64,000 bases of DNA from contig DASZQG010000049.1 in NCBI GenBank assembly GCA_035550075.1, forward strand, positions 7,490-71,489, written 5' to 3'. Origin of the DNA: Hyphomicrobiaceae bacterium. GTDB taxonomy: Bacteria; Pseudomonadota; Alphaproteobacteria; Rhizobiales; Hyphomicrobiaceae. The notes beneath the pieces are model-generated. The model did no database searches, had not been told where the DNA came from, and saw nothing but the letters and a program-made list of their open reading frames with translations. Of this stretch, positions 56,501 to 64,000 are shown one piece after another. Within the stretch, counting starts at the first letter, position 1. Each line of letters starts with the position of its first letter. The position numbers and the translations under genes are program-made.

Positions 56501-56761
56501 CACCGTCTGCCCGGATTGGGAGGTGGCGCCGCCGCGCGGCAGGATGGGCACGCCCTCCTCGCGGGCGATGGCCATCGCGGCGTGCACGTCGGCCGCCGTT
56601 TTCGGCACCACCACGCCCAGCGGCTCGATCTGGTAGTGTGAGGCGTCGGTGGAATAGCGCCCCCGGGAAAAAGCATCGAAGAGAACCTCGCCCTCCAGCG
56701 CCGCCTTGAGGCGCGCGGCAAGCCGGTGCGAGGCAGGGCGGGCGGAGGTCGATGCGGGCAT
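53591..56761 (-). CDS. FAD-binding oxidase / 4Fe-4S / CCG-domain fusion oxidoreductase (YdiJ-like, GlcD-GlcF type)
   Basis: 1056 aa. The N-terminal FAD-binding PCMH domain is PLGVVVPKTAADVHAAMAIAREEGVPILPRGGATSQSGQ. Ferredoxin-type clusters are CNNNGECRK..C and CVSCKGCRRECP. The C-terminal part carries Cys-rich CCG repeats. Confidence 0.9.
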   Translation of the reverse strand: MPASTSARPASHRLAARLKAALEGEVLFDAFSRGRYSTDASHYQIEPLGVVVPKTAADVHAAMAIAREEGVPILPRGGATSQSGQTVGRALVLDFSKYLNRIVSTDAEARTCLVEPGIVLDELNRKLKPTGLWFPVDVSTSSRATIGGMTGNNSCGTRSIRYGIMRDNVIAIDAILPDGSEARVGEVGHNLGLPLPAQGSPSPASPLTLALSPQAGRGDARGASGEDTALALFRDLLALGRREADHIAHAFPEVSRRVGGYLIDALVPGSAPVNLATLLCGSEGTLAVSRQIALKLSPLPKNKALGICHFATFRKAMEAAQHIVKLGPVAVEVVDRTLIELARDIAMFRPVMDAYVRGQPDALLLVEFAQDDQAENLTRLGRLEELMGDLGSPGSVVKVPDAAGQAAVWSVRASGLNIMMSMKSEGKPVSFIEDCAVPLEHLADYTERLTEVFARHGTRGTWYAHASVGCLHVRPVLNLKLEKDARTMRAIAEEAFAMVRQYKGSHSGEHGDGLVRSEFHEKMYGRRTVEIFEEVKDRFDPTGLMNPGKIVRPSRMDDRTLFRFKPDYRVREMTMALDWSAYPGQGGGFQGAVEMCNNNGECRKHAAGVMCPSFRMTGNERDVTRGRANALRLAISGQLGPDAFASDDMLETMKLCVSCKGCRRECPTGVDMAKMKIEVLAAANARRGLSLRDRLVAYLPRYAPFASKVAPLMNARNAIPGVAALTQGMTGLSARRRLPRWRRDVFEAAAVAGFPSPWPGGARDRRTPDGNDRGAIDASAPSRGENSGAPGSLREVALFADTFNAHFEPENLRAAVDVLGRLGYRVSVLRAATGNGYARPPRPLCCGRTFLSAGLVEEARTEARRVLDAAAPFLARGVPVVGLEPSCLLTLRDEFLAMLPGPETDRLAKHAVLFEEFLAGEAAAGRIEGPIARQTRKILLHGHCHQKAFAAMDAVTRTLGLVEGFEVATVDSSCCGMAGAFGYGADTYDVSLAMGELALLPAVRKAPAATAIAADGFSCRHQIADGAGRAAQHVARLLSEAMAETQPRSENSIKPS
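56107..56185 (-). repeat. REP-like element family B embedded in frame inside the oxidoreductase gene
   Basis: Minus sense: cctctccccgcgcaaggctcaccctcccccgcatcgcccctcaccctggccctctccccgcaagcggggcgagggg. It is translated as LPLPAQGSPSPASPLTLALSPQAGRG. Confidence 0.75.
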
Positions 56762-56901
56762 GAGCGGCGGCGGCTCTCAGGTTACGCGTCGCCGCGCCCC
56801 AGCGAGCCGGCGCCGGGAGTATAACCACGAGCCCTTGCGGGAGGCAGGTCATTCCGCGGGTGCCGCTGGCGCCGTCGCCAGGCCTTGCGCCTCGCCACGC
56901 G

Positions 56902-57177
56902 TTATGCGCTCTGGCCGAACCGCACCCGGGCGCGCGCCCGCGCCTTGGCCGCCTCCATCTCGCGGTTGCGCGGCGGGCTTCCGGTCTCCAGCGACGCCAG
57001 CAGGCGCGAAGCCGCCGCCGACACCTCATCAACCGCCCGCATGAAGGCGACGGCATTCACCTGCGAGGGTGCGTTGAAACCGCTCAGCTTGCGCACGAAC
57101 TGGAGCGATGCGGCGCGGATTTCGTCATCGGTCGCTGGCGGCTCGAAGTTGAAAAGAGTGCGGATATTGCGGCACAT
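56902..57177 (-). CDS. DUF2277 domain-containing protein
   Basis: MCRNIRTLFNFEPPATDDEIRAASLQFVRKLSGFNAPS is the family-typical N-terminus. Confidence 0.8.
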   Translation of the reverse strand: MCRNIRTLFNFEPPATDDEIRAASLQFVRKLSGFNAPSQVNAVAFMRAVDEVSAAASRLLASLETGSPPRNREMEAAKARARARVRFGQSA

Positions 57178-57284
57178 GCCAAGACCTCGCTCACAAAAAG
57201 GGAACCTGCGGCGGCCCCGCATTTCGGCCCATAGTTTAAGAGATACCGCTCACCGGGCAAGCAACCGAGCAAGGAGCTCCCCCC

Positions 57285-57668
57285 ATGGATGAGGACGAAC
57301 GCGCCATTCGCGCGCTGATCGCCGGTTGGATGGCCGCGATCAAGGCCGGCGACACGGCCAAGGTGCTGGGCCTCATGACCGAGGACGTGGTGTTCATGGT
57401 GCCCGGCCACGCGCCGTTCGGAAAGGCGGAGTTCGCCGCCGCGGCGCAGGCAATGCAGGGCGCGCGCATCGAGGGGCGAAGCGACATACGCGAGCTCAAG
57501 GTTCTCGGGGACTGGGCCTTTGTGCGCGCCTATCTGGAGGTGGAGATGACGCCGCCTGGCGGGGCCGCGCAGCGGCGAACCGGCCACACGCTCACGCTGC
57601 TGCGCAAGCAGCCCGACGGCCGCTGGCTGCTCGCGCGCGACGCCAATCTCCTGACCGCTCAGGCATAA
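57285..57668 (+). CDS. NTF2-like (DUF4440/SgcJ-EcaC type) protein
   Basis: DERAIRALIAGWMAAIKAGDTAKVLGLMTEDVVFMVPG...LLRKQPDGRWLLARDANL. Confidence 0.78.
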   Translation: MDEDERAIRALIAGWMAAIKAGDTAKVLGLMTEDVVFMVPGHAPFGKAEFAAAAQAMQGARIEGRSDIRELKVLGDWAFVRAYLEVEMTPPGGAAQRRTGHTLTLLRKQPDGRWLLARDANLLTAQA

Positions 57669-57699
57669 AGGCGGCGGCCCCGGCGGAGCCGCCGCCTTT
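57669..57699. terminator. GC-rich hairpin between convergent genes (candidate bidirectional terminator)
   Basis: AGGCGGCGG-N11-CCGCCGCCT followed by TTT. The T tract is weak. Confidence 0.45.
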
Positions 57700-57717
57700 G
57701 CCGCCGTGACCGCCGGT

Positions 57718-58110
57718 CTAGGCCCGGCGTCCGGCCGCCTGCTGCATGGAATTCAGGTCCCAGATCGACAGGATGACGACCAGGGCGCCCACGATCAGGG
57801 CGTTCCACAACGTCGTCTTGTCGCCGCTGAACTTCAGCACCCATGGCGATATGAACAGCCAGGCGCCTGCCACCAGGTTGACCCATTCCTCCCATGGTTG
57901 CGCGCGTGCCAGCGCCGCTATCGACAGCGCGCCGATGATGACGCCGACGATCCAGGCATCCCAGGCCGCAGCCGCCACGATGTGCTCGCTGCTGGTGCCC
58001 GGAGCGAAGCGCAGCACCCAGGGAGAGATGAACAGCCAGACCGCAAGCACCAGGTTGCCCCAGTCCTGCCATTGGTTGTTCGCGAGATCTCTGCCGCGTG
58101 TGTTGGTCAT
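57718..58110 (-). CDS. SPW-repeat membrane protein
   Basis: Two repeats carry the signature: LAVWLFISPWVLRF and AGAWLFISPWVLKF. There are 4 TM helices and a GGAGG RBS before the ATG at 58110. Confidence 0.8.
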   Translation of the reverse strand: MTNTRGRDLANNQWQDWGNLVLAVWLFISPWVLRFAPGTSSEHIVAAAAWDAWIVGVIIGALSIAALARAQPWEEWVNLVAGAWLFISPWVLKFSGDKTTLWNALIVGALVVILSIWDLNSMQQAAGRRA

Positions 58111-58422
58111 TCCAGCCTCCTCATGTTCATTGCTGATCCTCAAGCGCTGCGGTCGTAACCGGAAAGCGCCTCGTCAGATCGAACCGGTGGGAGCATGAAC
58201 CCGGCCGGGACGCCGCCTGCGCTGCGCCGCCGGCTGGCCATCGACTCGGTCTCGCAGAAGCAACGGCCGGGGCGGGACGGGGTTGCGCGTGCGGCAAAAA
58301 AATCCGGATTTGCGGCAGGGACTTTTGGGGGGCCTCCCTGCCGGCTTCGGCTTGGCTGGCAGGCGCAATTGAGAGACAGTGCCGGGCCGGGACCATCCGG
58401 CCTGAAAAAAGGGATCGCACCT

Positions 58423-58929
58423 ATGGATGCCGCCGCGCTCAAGGCCCTGCAGGCCCCCCTCAAGGACAGGTATCGCGAGGCGCCGGAGGCCGCCGTTGTC
58501 ACGCTCAAGGCGGAGGGACGGCTTGGCGAGGGCGTGACCTGCTCGCTGCAGACCGGCAAGGCGCTGGTGGAAGCGGGCCTCCACCCCGCCACCGGCGGCA
58601 GCGGCCAGAGCGCGTGCTCCGGCGACATGCTGCTGGAGGCGCTGGTCGCGTGTGCCGGCGTGACCTTGAACGCGGTGGCGACCGCGCTCGGCCTTGCCGT
58701 CCGCGATGCCAGGGTCAAGGCGGAGGGTGATCTGGATTTCCGCGGGACGCTGGGGGTGGCCAAGGATGCGCCGGTGGGCTTCCGCGCCATCCGCCTGTCT
58801 TTCGAGATCGACGGCGACCTGACGGAGGAGCAGCGCGCAACCCTGATGAAGCTCACCGAGCGCTACTGCGTGGTGTACCAGACGCTGCGCGCGGCGCCGC
58901 CGATCGACGTCACCAGCCGCATGGTGTGA
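58423..58929 (+). CDS. OsmC-family peroxiredoxin-like protein
   Basis: The two conserved Cys regions are GQSACSGDMLLEALVACAG and LTERYCVVYQTL. I chose the internal start MDAAALK. Confidence 0.82.
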   Translation: MDAAALKALQAPLKDRYREAPEAAVVTLKAEGRLGEGVTCSLQTGKALVEAGLHPATGGSGQSACSGDMLLEALVACAGVTLNAVATALGLAVRDARVKAEGDLDFRGTLGVAKDAPVGFRAIRLSFEIDGDLTEEQRATLMKLTERYCVVYQTLRAAPPIDVTSRMV

Positions 58930-58932
58930 GCG

Positions 58933-59247
58933 ATGCGCCGTTTCCGCTTGGGTTTGTTTTCTCTGCTGGCGGCCTTGGCGCTGTCGGGGCAGACCTTGCC
59001 CACGGCGGCGGCCGGGCTCGGCGAGGCGTGCGGCGGACCGCATCGCATCGCCTGCAGCAGCGGATTGTGGTGCGAGCCCGCGCCCGGCCGTTGCGGCAGG
59101 CGGCACGCCAGGGGCACCTGTGTGAAGGCGTCCCCCATGTGCATCAAGATCTGGCGGCCGGTGTGCGGCTGCGACGGCAAGACCTACGGCAACGATTGCG
59201 AGCGGCGCTCCCACCGCGTGCCCAAGCGGGCGGACGGCCCCTGCTGA
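58933..59247 (+). CDS. secreted Cys-rich protein with Kazal-type domain
   Basis: A signal peptide is followed by CGGPHRIACSSGLWCEP..GRCG....GTC and then C..IWRPVCGCDGKTYGNDCERR.......GPC (Kazal signature PVCG.DG.TY.N.C). Confidence 0.75.
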   Translation: MRRFRLGLFSLLAALALSGQTLPTAAAGLGEACGGPHRIACSSGLWCEPAPGRCGRRHARGTCVKASPMCIKIWRPVCGCDGKTYGNDCERRSHRVPKRADGPC

Positions 59248-59260
59248 GGGCGCGCGCCGC

Positions 59261-60454
59261 CTAGTCCAGCGCCGCGTACACGAGATTGCGGAACAGCGTG
59301 CGGTAGAAATCGCGCTGGCCGGGCGCCTGGATCATCAGCAGCGCGTGCAGGTGCTCGACCGGGTCGACCCAGAACACCGTGCCCGCGATGCCGCCCCAAT
59401 TGTAGGTGCCGACGGAGGCCGGGAACGGCGCGACACCTTCGGCCAGGCGCACCGCAAAGCCCAGGCCGAAGCCGTGGCCCGGCGCCAGCAGGTTGAGCGC
59501 GGAATCGACACTCACGCCGCCGCCCAGGTGGTTGGATGTCATGTAGGCCAGCGTCTTGCGGCCGATCAGGCGTGTCCCCTCGAACGTGCCGCCGGCGGAC
59601 AGCATCTGCAGGAAGCGCAGGTAGTCGTGGGCCGTCGACACCAGCCCGCCGCCGCCCGATTGCAGCTTCGGCACCTCGCGCGGATCATAGAGCTTCACGT
59701 CGTTGCCGGTGTCGGGATCCTTGGCGAACGGCTGGGCGAGGCGCGACGCCTTGCCCGCCGGCACCGAGAATGCCGTATCTGCCATGCCGAGGGGCCCGAG
59801 AATGCGCGCCTGGAGGAATTCTTCCAGCGAGGTCTCCGAAACCACCTCGACCAGCCGCCCCAGTACGTCCGTGGAATGGCTGTAGGACCAGTGGGTGCCC
59901 GGCTGGTGCAGCAGCGGCAGCGACGCCAGCGCCTTGCAGAACTCGGCGTTGGTCTGGCTGCGCCGGTGCAGAAGGGCTTGCGTGTAGATGTCCTTCAGCC
60001 GGCCGGTGGCGACGAAATCGTAGGTCAGGCCGGAGGTGTGGCGCAGCAGGTCCTGGATGGTGATCGGCGCCGCCGCCGGCTCCAGCTCGAGACGGCCGCC
60101 GCGCTCCACGCCCACCTTCATCTCGGCGAACTCGGGCAGGTACTTGGCGATCGGCTCGCCGAGGAACAGCCGCCCCTCCTCCACCAGCATCATCACCGCC
60201 AGCGAGACGATCGGCTTGGTCATCGAGAAGATGCGGAAGATCGAGTCCGCCTGCATCGGGGCGTCGCTGTCCGGGCCCTGCCGGCCGAGCACCTCGAAAT
60301 AGGCAAGCCGGCCCTTGCGGGCGATGGCGGCCACCACGCCGGGCAGGCGCTTGCGCGCGATTTCCGCCTTCAGGACATCGGTGAGACGCGCAAGTGCCGG
60401 CGCCGACAGGCCGGCCAATACCGGATCGGCGAGGCCGTGCGCGTCCTGGGTCAT
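59261..60454 (-). CDS. beta-lactamase-fold serine hydrolase
   Basis: The SxxK motif FSMTKPIVS sits in a 397-aa protein. It is a paralogue-like relative of 41788..42996. Confidence 0.88.
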   Translation of the reverse strand: MTQDAHGLADPVLAGLSAPALARLTDVLKAEIARKRLPGVVAAIARKGRLAYFEVLGRQGPDSDAPMQADSIFRIFSMTKPIVSLAVMMLVEEGRLFLGEPIAKYLPEFAEMKVGVERGGRLELEPAAAPITIQDLLRHTSGLTYDFVATGRLKDIYTQALLHRRSQTNAEFCKALASLPLLHQPGTHWSYSHSTDVLGRLVEVVSETSLEEFLQARILGPLGMADTAFSVPAGKASRLAQPFAKDPDTGNDVKLYDPREVPKLQSGGGGLVSTAHDYLRFLQMLSAGGTFEGTRLIGRKTLAYMTSNHLGGGVSVDSALNLLAPGHGFGLGFAVRLAEGVAPFPASVGTYNWGGIAGTVFWVDPVEHLHALLMIQAPGQRDFYRTLFRNLVYAALD

Positions 60455-60457
60455 GGC

Positions 60458-61786
60458 CTAGGCCACTGCTCTGATCACTTTGACCAGGCCATCGCGGATC
60501 TCGTTGATGTCGCTCTCGGTGGAGATGAGCGGCGGCGAAGTCACCAGCGTGTCGGTGGCAACGCGCACGTAGATGTTGAGGTCGTGGTACATGCGCTCGA
60601 TCGCGTCGTGACCGCGCAGGCCCGGCTTGCCCGGAATCGGCTCCAGGTCGATGCCCGCCATCAGCCCGACGGTGCGGATATCGACGACGTTGGGCTCGCC
60701 CTTGAGGCTCATCATGGCCTCCGCGAACATCGGCTCGAGCTTGCGGGCGCGCTCGAACAGGCCCTCGTCCTTGTAGAGGTCGAGCGTGGCGAGCCCGGCC
60801 GCGGCGGCCAGCGGATGGCCCGAGTAGGTGTAGCCGTGGAACAGCTCGATCACGTGCTCGGGCCCGTTCATGAAGGCATCGTAGATCTTCTTGGACGCCA
60901 TCACGCCGGCCATCGGCACCGCCGCGTTGGTGATGCCCTTGGCGAAGGTGATCATGTCGGGCTGCACGCCGTAGCGCTCGGCGGCGAAGGCGTGGCCGAG
61001 ACGGCCGAAGCCGGTAATCACCTCGTCGAAGATCAGAAGGATGCCGTGCTGCTCGGTGATCTCGCGCAGGCGCTTGAGATAGCCCTTGGGCGGCGGCAGG
61101 CAGCCGGTGGAGCCTGCCACCGGCTCGACGATCACGGCGGCGATGGTGGAGGCATCGTGCAGGTTGATCAGCCGCATCATCTCGTCGGCGAGATGCGCGC
61201 CCCACTCCGGCTCGCCCTTGGTGAAGGCCTGCTTGGAGCGGTCGTAGGTCGTCGGCAGATGGTCGACGCCCGTCAGCATGTTGCCGAACTGCTTGCGGTT
61301 GGCGACCATGCCGCCGACCGAGATGCCGCCGAAGCCGATGCCGTGGTAGCCGCGCTCGCGCCCGATCAGCCGCGTGCGGCCGCCCTCGCCGCGCGCCTTA
61401 TGGTAGGCGAGCGCGATTTTGAGCGCCGTATCGACCGCCTCGGAGCCCGAATTGGAGAAGAACGCGTAGTCGAGGTCGCCGGGGGCCAGCAGCGACAGGC
61501 GCGAGGCGAGCTCGAACACCTTGGGGTGCCCGTACTGAAAGGCCGGCGCGTAGTCGAGCTTGGCCGCCATGTCCTGGATCGCCTTGACGATCGGCTCGCG
61601 GCAGTGGCCGGCGTTGACGCAGAACAGGCCGGACGTGGCGTCGAGAACCTTGGTCCCGTCCGGCTTGAAGTAGTGCCGGTCCTTGGCACCCGAGAACAGC
61701 CGGGGGCGCTTCTTGAAGGCGCGGTTGGGCGTGAACGGCACCCAGTACGGCTCGAGCTCATTGGGCTTCATGTCGAGCGGCGCCAT
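60458..61786 (-). CDS. class III (omega) aminotransferase, beta-alanine/pyruvate transaminase-like
   Basis: FFSNSGSEAVDTALKIA, LIFDEVITGFGRLG and the PLP-lysine region DMITFAKGITN. Confidence 0.9.
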   Translation of the reverse strand: MAPLDMKPNELEPYWVPFTPNRAFKKRPRLFSGAKDRHYFKPDGTKVLDATSGLFCVNAGHCREPIVKAIQDMAAKLDYAPAFQYGHPKVFELASRLSLLAPGDLDYAFFSNSGSEAVDTALKIALAYHKARGEGGRTRLIGRERGYHGIGFGGISVGGMVANRKQFGNMLTGVDHLPTTYDRSKQAFTKGEPEWGAHLADEMMRLINLHDASTIAAVIVEPVAGSTGCLPPPKGYLKRLREITEQHGILLIFDEVITGFGRLGHAFAAERYGVQPDMITFAKGITNAAVPMAGVMASKKIYDAFMNGPEHVIELFHGYTYSGHPLAAAAGLATLDLYKDEGLFERARKLEPMFAEAMMSLKGEPNVVDIRTVGLMAGIDLEPIPGKPGLRGHDAIERMYHDLNIYVRVATDTLVTSPPLISTESDINEIRDGLVKVIRAVA

Positions 61787-62104
61787 GGCTTAATCTCCCG
61801 TTATCTTCTCGGTATCGGAGGGGGCGGAGAGGAATGTTCCATCGGCAATCTAACAGTGCGGGAGGGGCGGCGGAAGCGCGGCACAGTGGCGGTGCGGTAT
61901 GCGCCAGAAGCCCGGCACCCCGTGCAATAGCTGTGGAAACGCTAAGGTGCCGCCAAACGGACACAGCACCGCCGGGTTCTCGCTCAGACTCCGGCTCACC
62001 TGAACCCGAATCGGAGGGCTCATTTAGCTTTTGGTAGGCGAATCGGAACGAGATGCGTTGCAGCGGCGGATTCCCACCCACGCCGCGGCAGGAGGAAACC
62101 AGAT

Positions 62105-62839
62105 ATGTTGATGAGTGTGCTGGACGGGGCCCGGTTGGCCCCGGCGTACCCCCGGATTGCCGGCAAGCGTGTGCTGATCACCGGCCTCACCAGCAGATGC
62201 GGCGTCGATGTCGCGCGCGTCTTCGCCGAGCACAAGACCCGGCTTGTGCTGCAGTTTGCCGAGACCGGCCAGGAGATGCACACCGTTGCCGAGATCGTGG
62301 CCCAGGACGCGCTCGAGGTCAGTGCCTTCGGCCGCGTCGGTCCGCAGACCGACGAGGTGGTGCGCTTCGCCCGTGATGCGGTGAAAGCGTTCGGCGGGGT
62401 GGACCTCGTCATCAATTTCGTCCAGCTCTCCGCGCAAAATGCCAATCAGCTCGCCAGCGTGGATGCCATCGAGCGCACCATTGCCGAGCGGCTGGCGGTG
62501 CCATGCCTGCTCTCCAAGATCGCGGCCAACCGCATGAGCCTCGCCTGGACGGAAGGGCTGATCCTGAACATCGCCACGCTGCCCGGCGCGCCGCACGGCG
62601 CCAACCAGGCGTTTGCCGCCGTGGTGAAATCGACGCTGGCCGCGATGACGCGGTCGCTCGCCAGCGAGTGGGCCGACAAGGCCATTCGTTTCAATGCGAT
62701 TGCGCCGCCGACTTGGCCGTCCGCGCTCGATCGCGGTGCGCTTGCCGAAGCCGAGATGGCCGAGCTGGCGCTCGAGCTCGCCTCGGGACGCGGCAAGACC
62801 CTTTCCGGCTGCCTGTTTGAAAGCGCCGGCGAGATCTAG
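62105..62839 (+). CDS. SDR-like protein with degenerate cofactor and catalytic motifs
   Basis: KRVLITGLTSRCGVDVA stands in place of TGxxxGxG. NQAFAAVVKS sits where YxxxK is expected, so there is no Tyr. Confidence 0.7.
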   Translation: MLMSVLDGARLAPAYPRIAGKRVLITGLTSRCGVDVARVFAEHKTRLVLQFAETGQEMHTVAEIVAQDALEVSAFGRVGPQTDEVVRFARDAVKAFGGVDLVINFVQLSAQNANQLASVDAIERTIAERLAVPCLLSKIAANRMSLAWTEGLILNIATLPGAPHGANQAFAAVVKSTLAAMTRSLASEWADKAIRFNAIAPPTWPSALDRGALAEAEMAELALELASGRGKTLSGCLFESAGEI

Positions 62840-62861
62840 GGTCCTTTCCAACCGCCCCATC

Positions 62862-62906
62862 TGTCATCCCGGAAAGGCGCGAAGCGCCATATCCGGGAGC
62901 CAGGGG
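62862..62906. repeat. REP-like element family A, third copy
   Basis: tgtcatcccggaaaggcgcgaagcgccatatccgggagccagggg is nearly identical in its ends to 47616-47660. It also lies between convergent genes. Confidence 0.8.
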
Positions 62907-62949
62907 CCGTGGGTGTGCGCCCGTCGATCAGCGGCAGCGGCGCGCGCGC

Positions 62950-64000
62950 CTACTGCGCCGGATAGCGCCAGAAATCGCCGTTCGGCGTGGCGATGCGCTG
63001 CAGGATCGGGATGCGGCGGTCCGGCGGCCGCTCGCCGGTCTGCAGCAGCAGGCCGATGTCGTTGAGAAGCGCGCTCTTCTCCGCATAGGTGGAATGGTTC
63101 AGCGCCAGGTAGTCGGTGCTGGTCCGGCTCACGTCGATGGTGTCGATGCCGGCGATCACCAGCGGACCGTCCGGGGGCACGTCGCCGGCCCGCGGAATTC
63201 CGCCCGCGATGCGGCGGGCCGCCTCCATCGCCACGTCGTTGGACGAGCAGTAGAGCGTGATGCCGCGGCCATACTGCTTGATATTGCGGGCGAGGTTGGC
63301 GAACACGTCGCGGTCGACATCCGGCGCGGCGAGAATGATCTGGTTGAGCCGCACGTCCGGTGGCAGCGCCTGCGCCAGCGCCGGCAGCACGCTGAGCAGC
63401 GGCAGGTTGCCCATGCTGTGGGCGATGACGCTGACGCTCTTGGCCCCGGTTTCCTTTGTCACCAGCTCCAGGAAATCGCGCAGGTAGGGTTCGGCCTGGG
63501 TGGCGCTCTCGCGGTCGAAATAATAGCCGGTGAGGTCGCCGGCCGACGGCCAGCTATAGAGGAAGGAAGCGCCGTCGAACTTCAGATCGTAGGCCATCTG
63601 CGCGGTGCGGTAGACGGCGTAGTCGAAGGAGGTGTTGTAGCCGTGCACGAACACCACGGCCTGGTCCTTGAAGGACTGGCTGCCGGCGATCCGCTCGCGC
63701 ACGAGGCTCAGGAACTGCTCGCGCGTGAGCACCTTCAGCTCCTGCATGGTGAAGTGCTGCTTGGGGTCCTCCGCCTGCTCGTAGATGGTGACGTTGAGGT
63801 AGGGCACCCGGATCGCGAACGGGCGCTCGATGTTGGGCACCTGGTGCGTCTTGGGCACGGTCACCAGCGCGCGACCCAATTCCAGCCGGTGCGCCCGCTC
63901 CGAGGTGTAGCTGATCCGCTTCGGCTCGTCCTTGCGGTTGCGGTCGGTGCCGTAGAACACCGGCACCACGTCCCAGTCGGTCTTTTCGGTTGCCGCAACG
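62950..64000 (-). CDS. alpha/beta hydrolase of the DUF900 type (N-terminus beyond right edge)
   Basis: VFVHGYNTSFDYAVYRTAQMAYDL and the nucleophile elbow IAHSMGN. The reading frame stays open to position 64000 (..VAATEKTDWDVVPVFYGTDRNR). Confidence 0.8.
   Translation of the reverse strand, partial: VAATEKTDWDVVPVFYGTDRNRKDEPKRISYTSERAHRLELGRALVTVPKTHQVPNIERPFAIRVPYLNVTIYEQAEDPKQHFTMQELKVLTREQFLSLVRERIAGSQSFKDQAVVFVHGYNTSFDYAVYRTAQMAYDLKFDGASFLYSWPSAGDLTGYYFDRESATQAEPYLRDFLELVTKETGAKSVSVIAHSMGNLPLLSVLPALAQALPPDVRLNQIILAAPDVDRDVFANLARNIKQYGRGITLYCSSNDVAMEAARRIAGGIPRAGDVPPDGPLVIAGIDTIDVSRTSTDYLALNHSTYAEKSALLNDIGLLLQTGERPPDRRIPILQRIATPNGDFWRYPAQ

Noticed and set aside
59345-61930. 861-aa plus-strand ORF
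   Set aside because: It is antisense to a serine hydrolase with an SxxK motif and to a class III aminotransferase with a PLP-lysine motif. The translation has shadow-frame composition.
1-64000. CRISPR arrays, tRNA/rRNA genes, IS elements, integrases, toxin-antitoxin pairs
   Set aside because: Reading the intergenic regions showed no repeat-spacer arrays and no tRNA-like T-arm or acceptor patterns. No transposase, integrase or recombinase motif appeared in any plausible ORF.

Overview
This is a high-GC chromosomal segment that looks alphaproteobacterial (Rhizobiales/Bradyrhizobiaceae-like, judged from gene content and repeat families). All calls come from reading the ORF translations and the DNA by eye; no searches or computations were run.

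Gene content, left to right:
- Microoxic respiration: the cbb3 oxidase operon ccoNOQP with the start of ccoG, preceded by a perfect FixK/FNR box.
- Envelope proteins: a run of small secreted proteins behind a second perfect FixK box, then a DUF192 gene and a two-domain cold-shock gene.
- Signalling and efflux: gloA, a membrane GGDEF-EAL protein, and a TetR-HlyD-ABC-ABC2 efflux operon.
- Phage-like and B12-related genes: an orphan DUF2793/tail-fibre-like gene, the methylmalonyl-CoA mutase small subunit and, 8 kb away, meaB.
- Other core genes: a HerA-like ATPase, an ECF sigma factor, folE, a Rieske-FAD reductase, a cNMP-gated patatin lipase and a block of ordinary metabolic genes.
- Accessory block (about 36.4-44.7 kb): visibly more A/T-rich, carrying detoxification-type genes and ending at guaA.
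- Right end: an aminotransferase, panB, an amidase, tctBA, a 1056-aa FAD/Fe-S oxidoreductase, small stress proteins, hydrolases and a transaminase.

No rRNA, tRNA, CRISPR array, transposase or integrase was seen.

Most notable observations:
1. The guaA 3' end is duplicated 3.95 kb away, an att-like scar around an integrase-less islet.
2. REP-like palindromic elements are embedded in frame inside the giant oxidoreductase.
3. A small ORF copies the C-terminal tail of the upstream HerA-like ATPase.
4. A putative FixK-controlled set of secreted proteins includes a Met/Gly/Trp-repeat Spy-like protein; an extreme His/Arg-rich mini-protein gene lies divergent to it.
5. The tail-fibre-like gene sits alone, with no other phage genes nearby.
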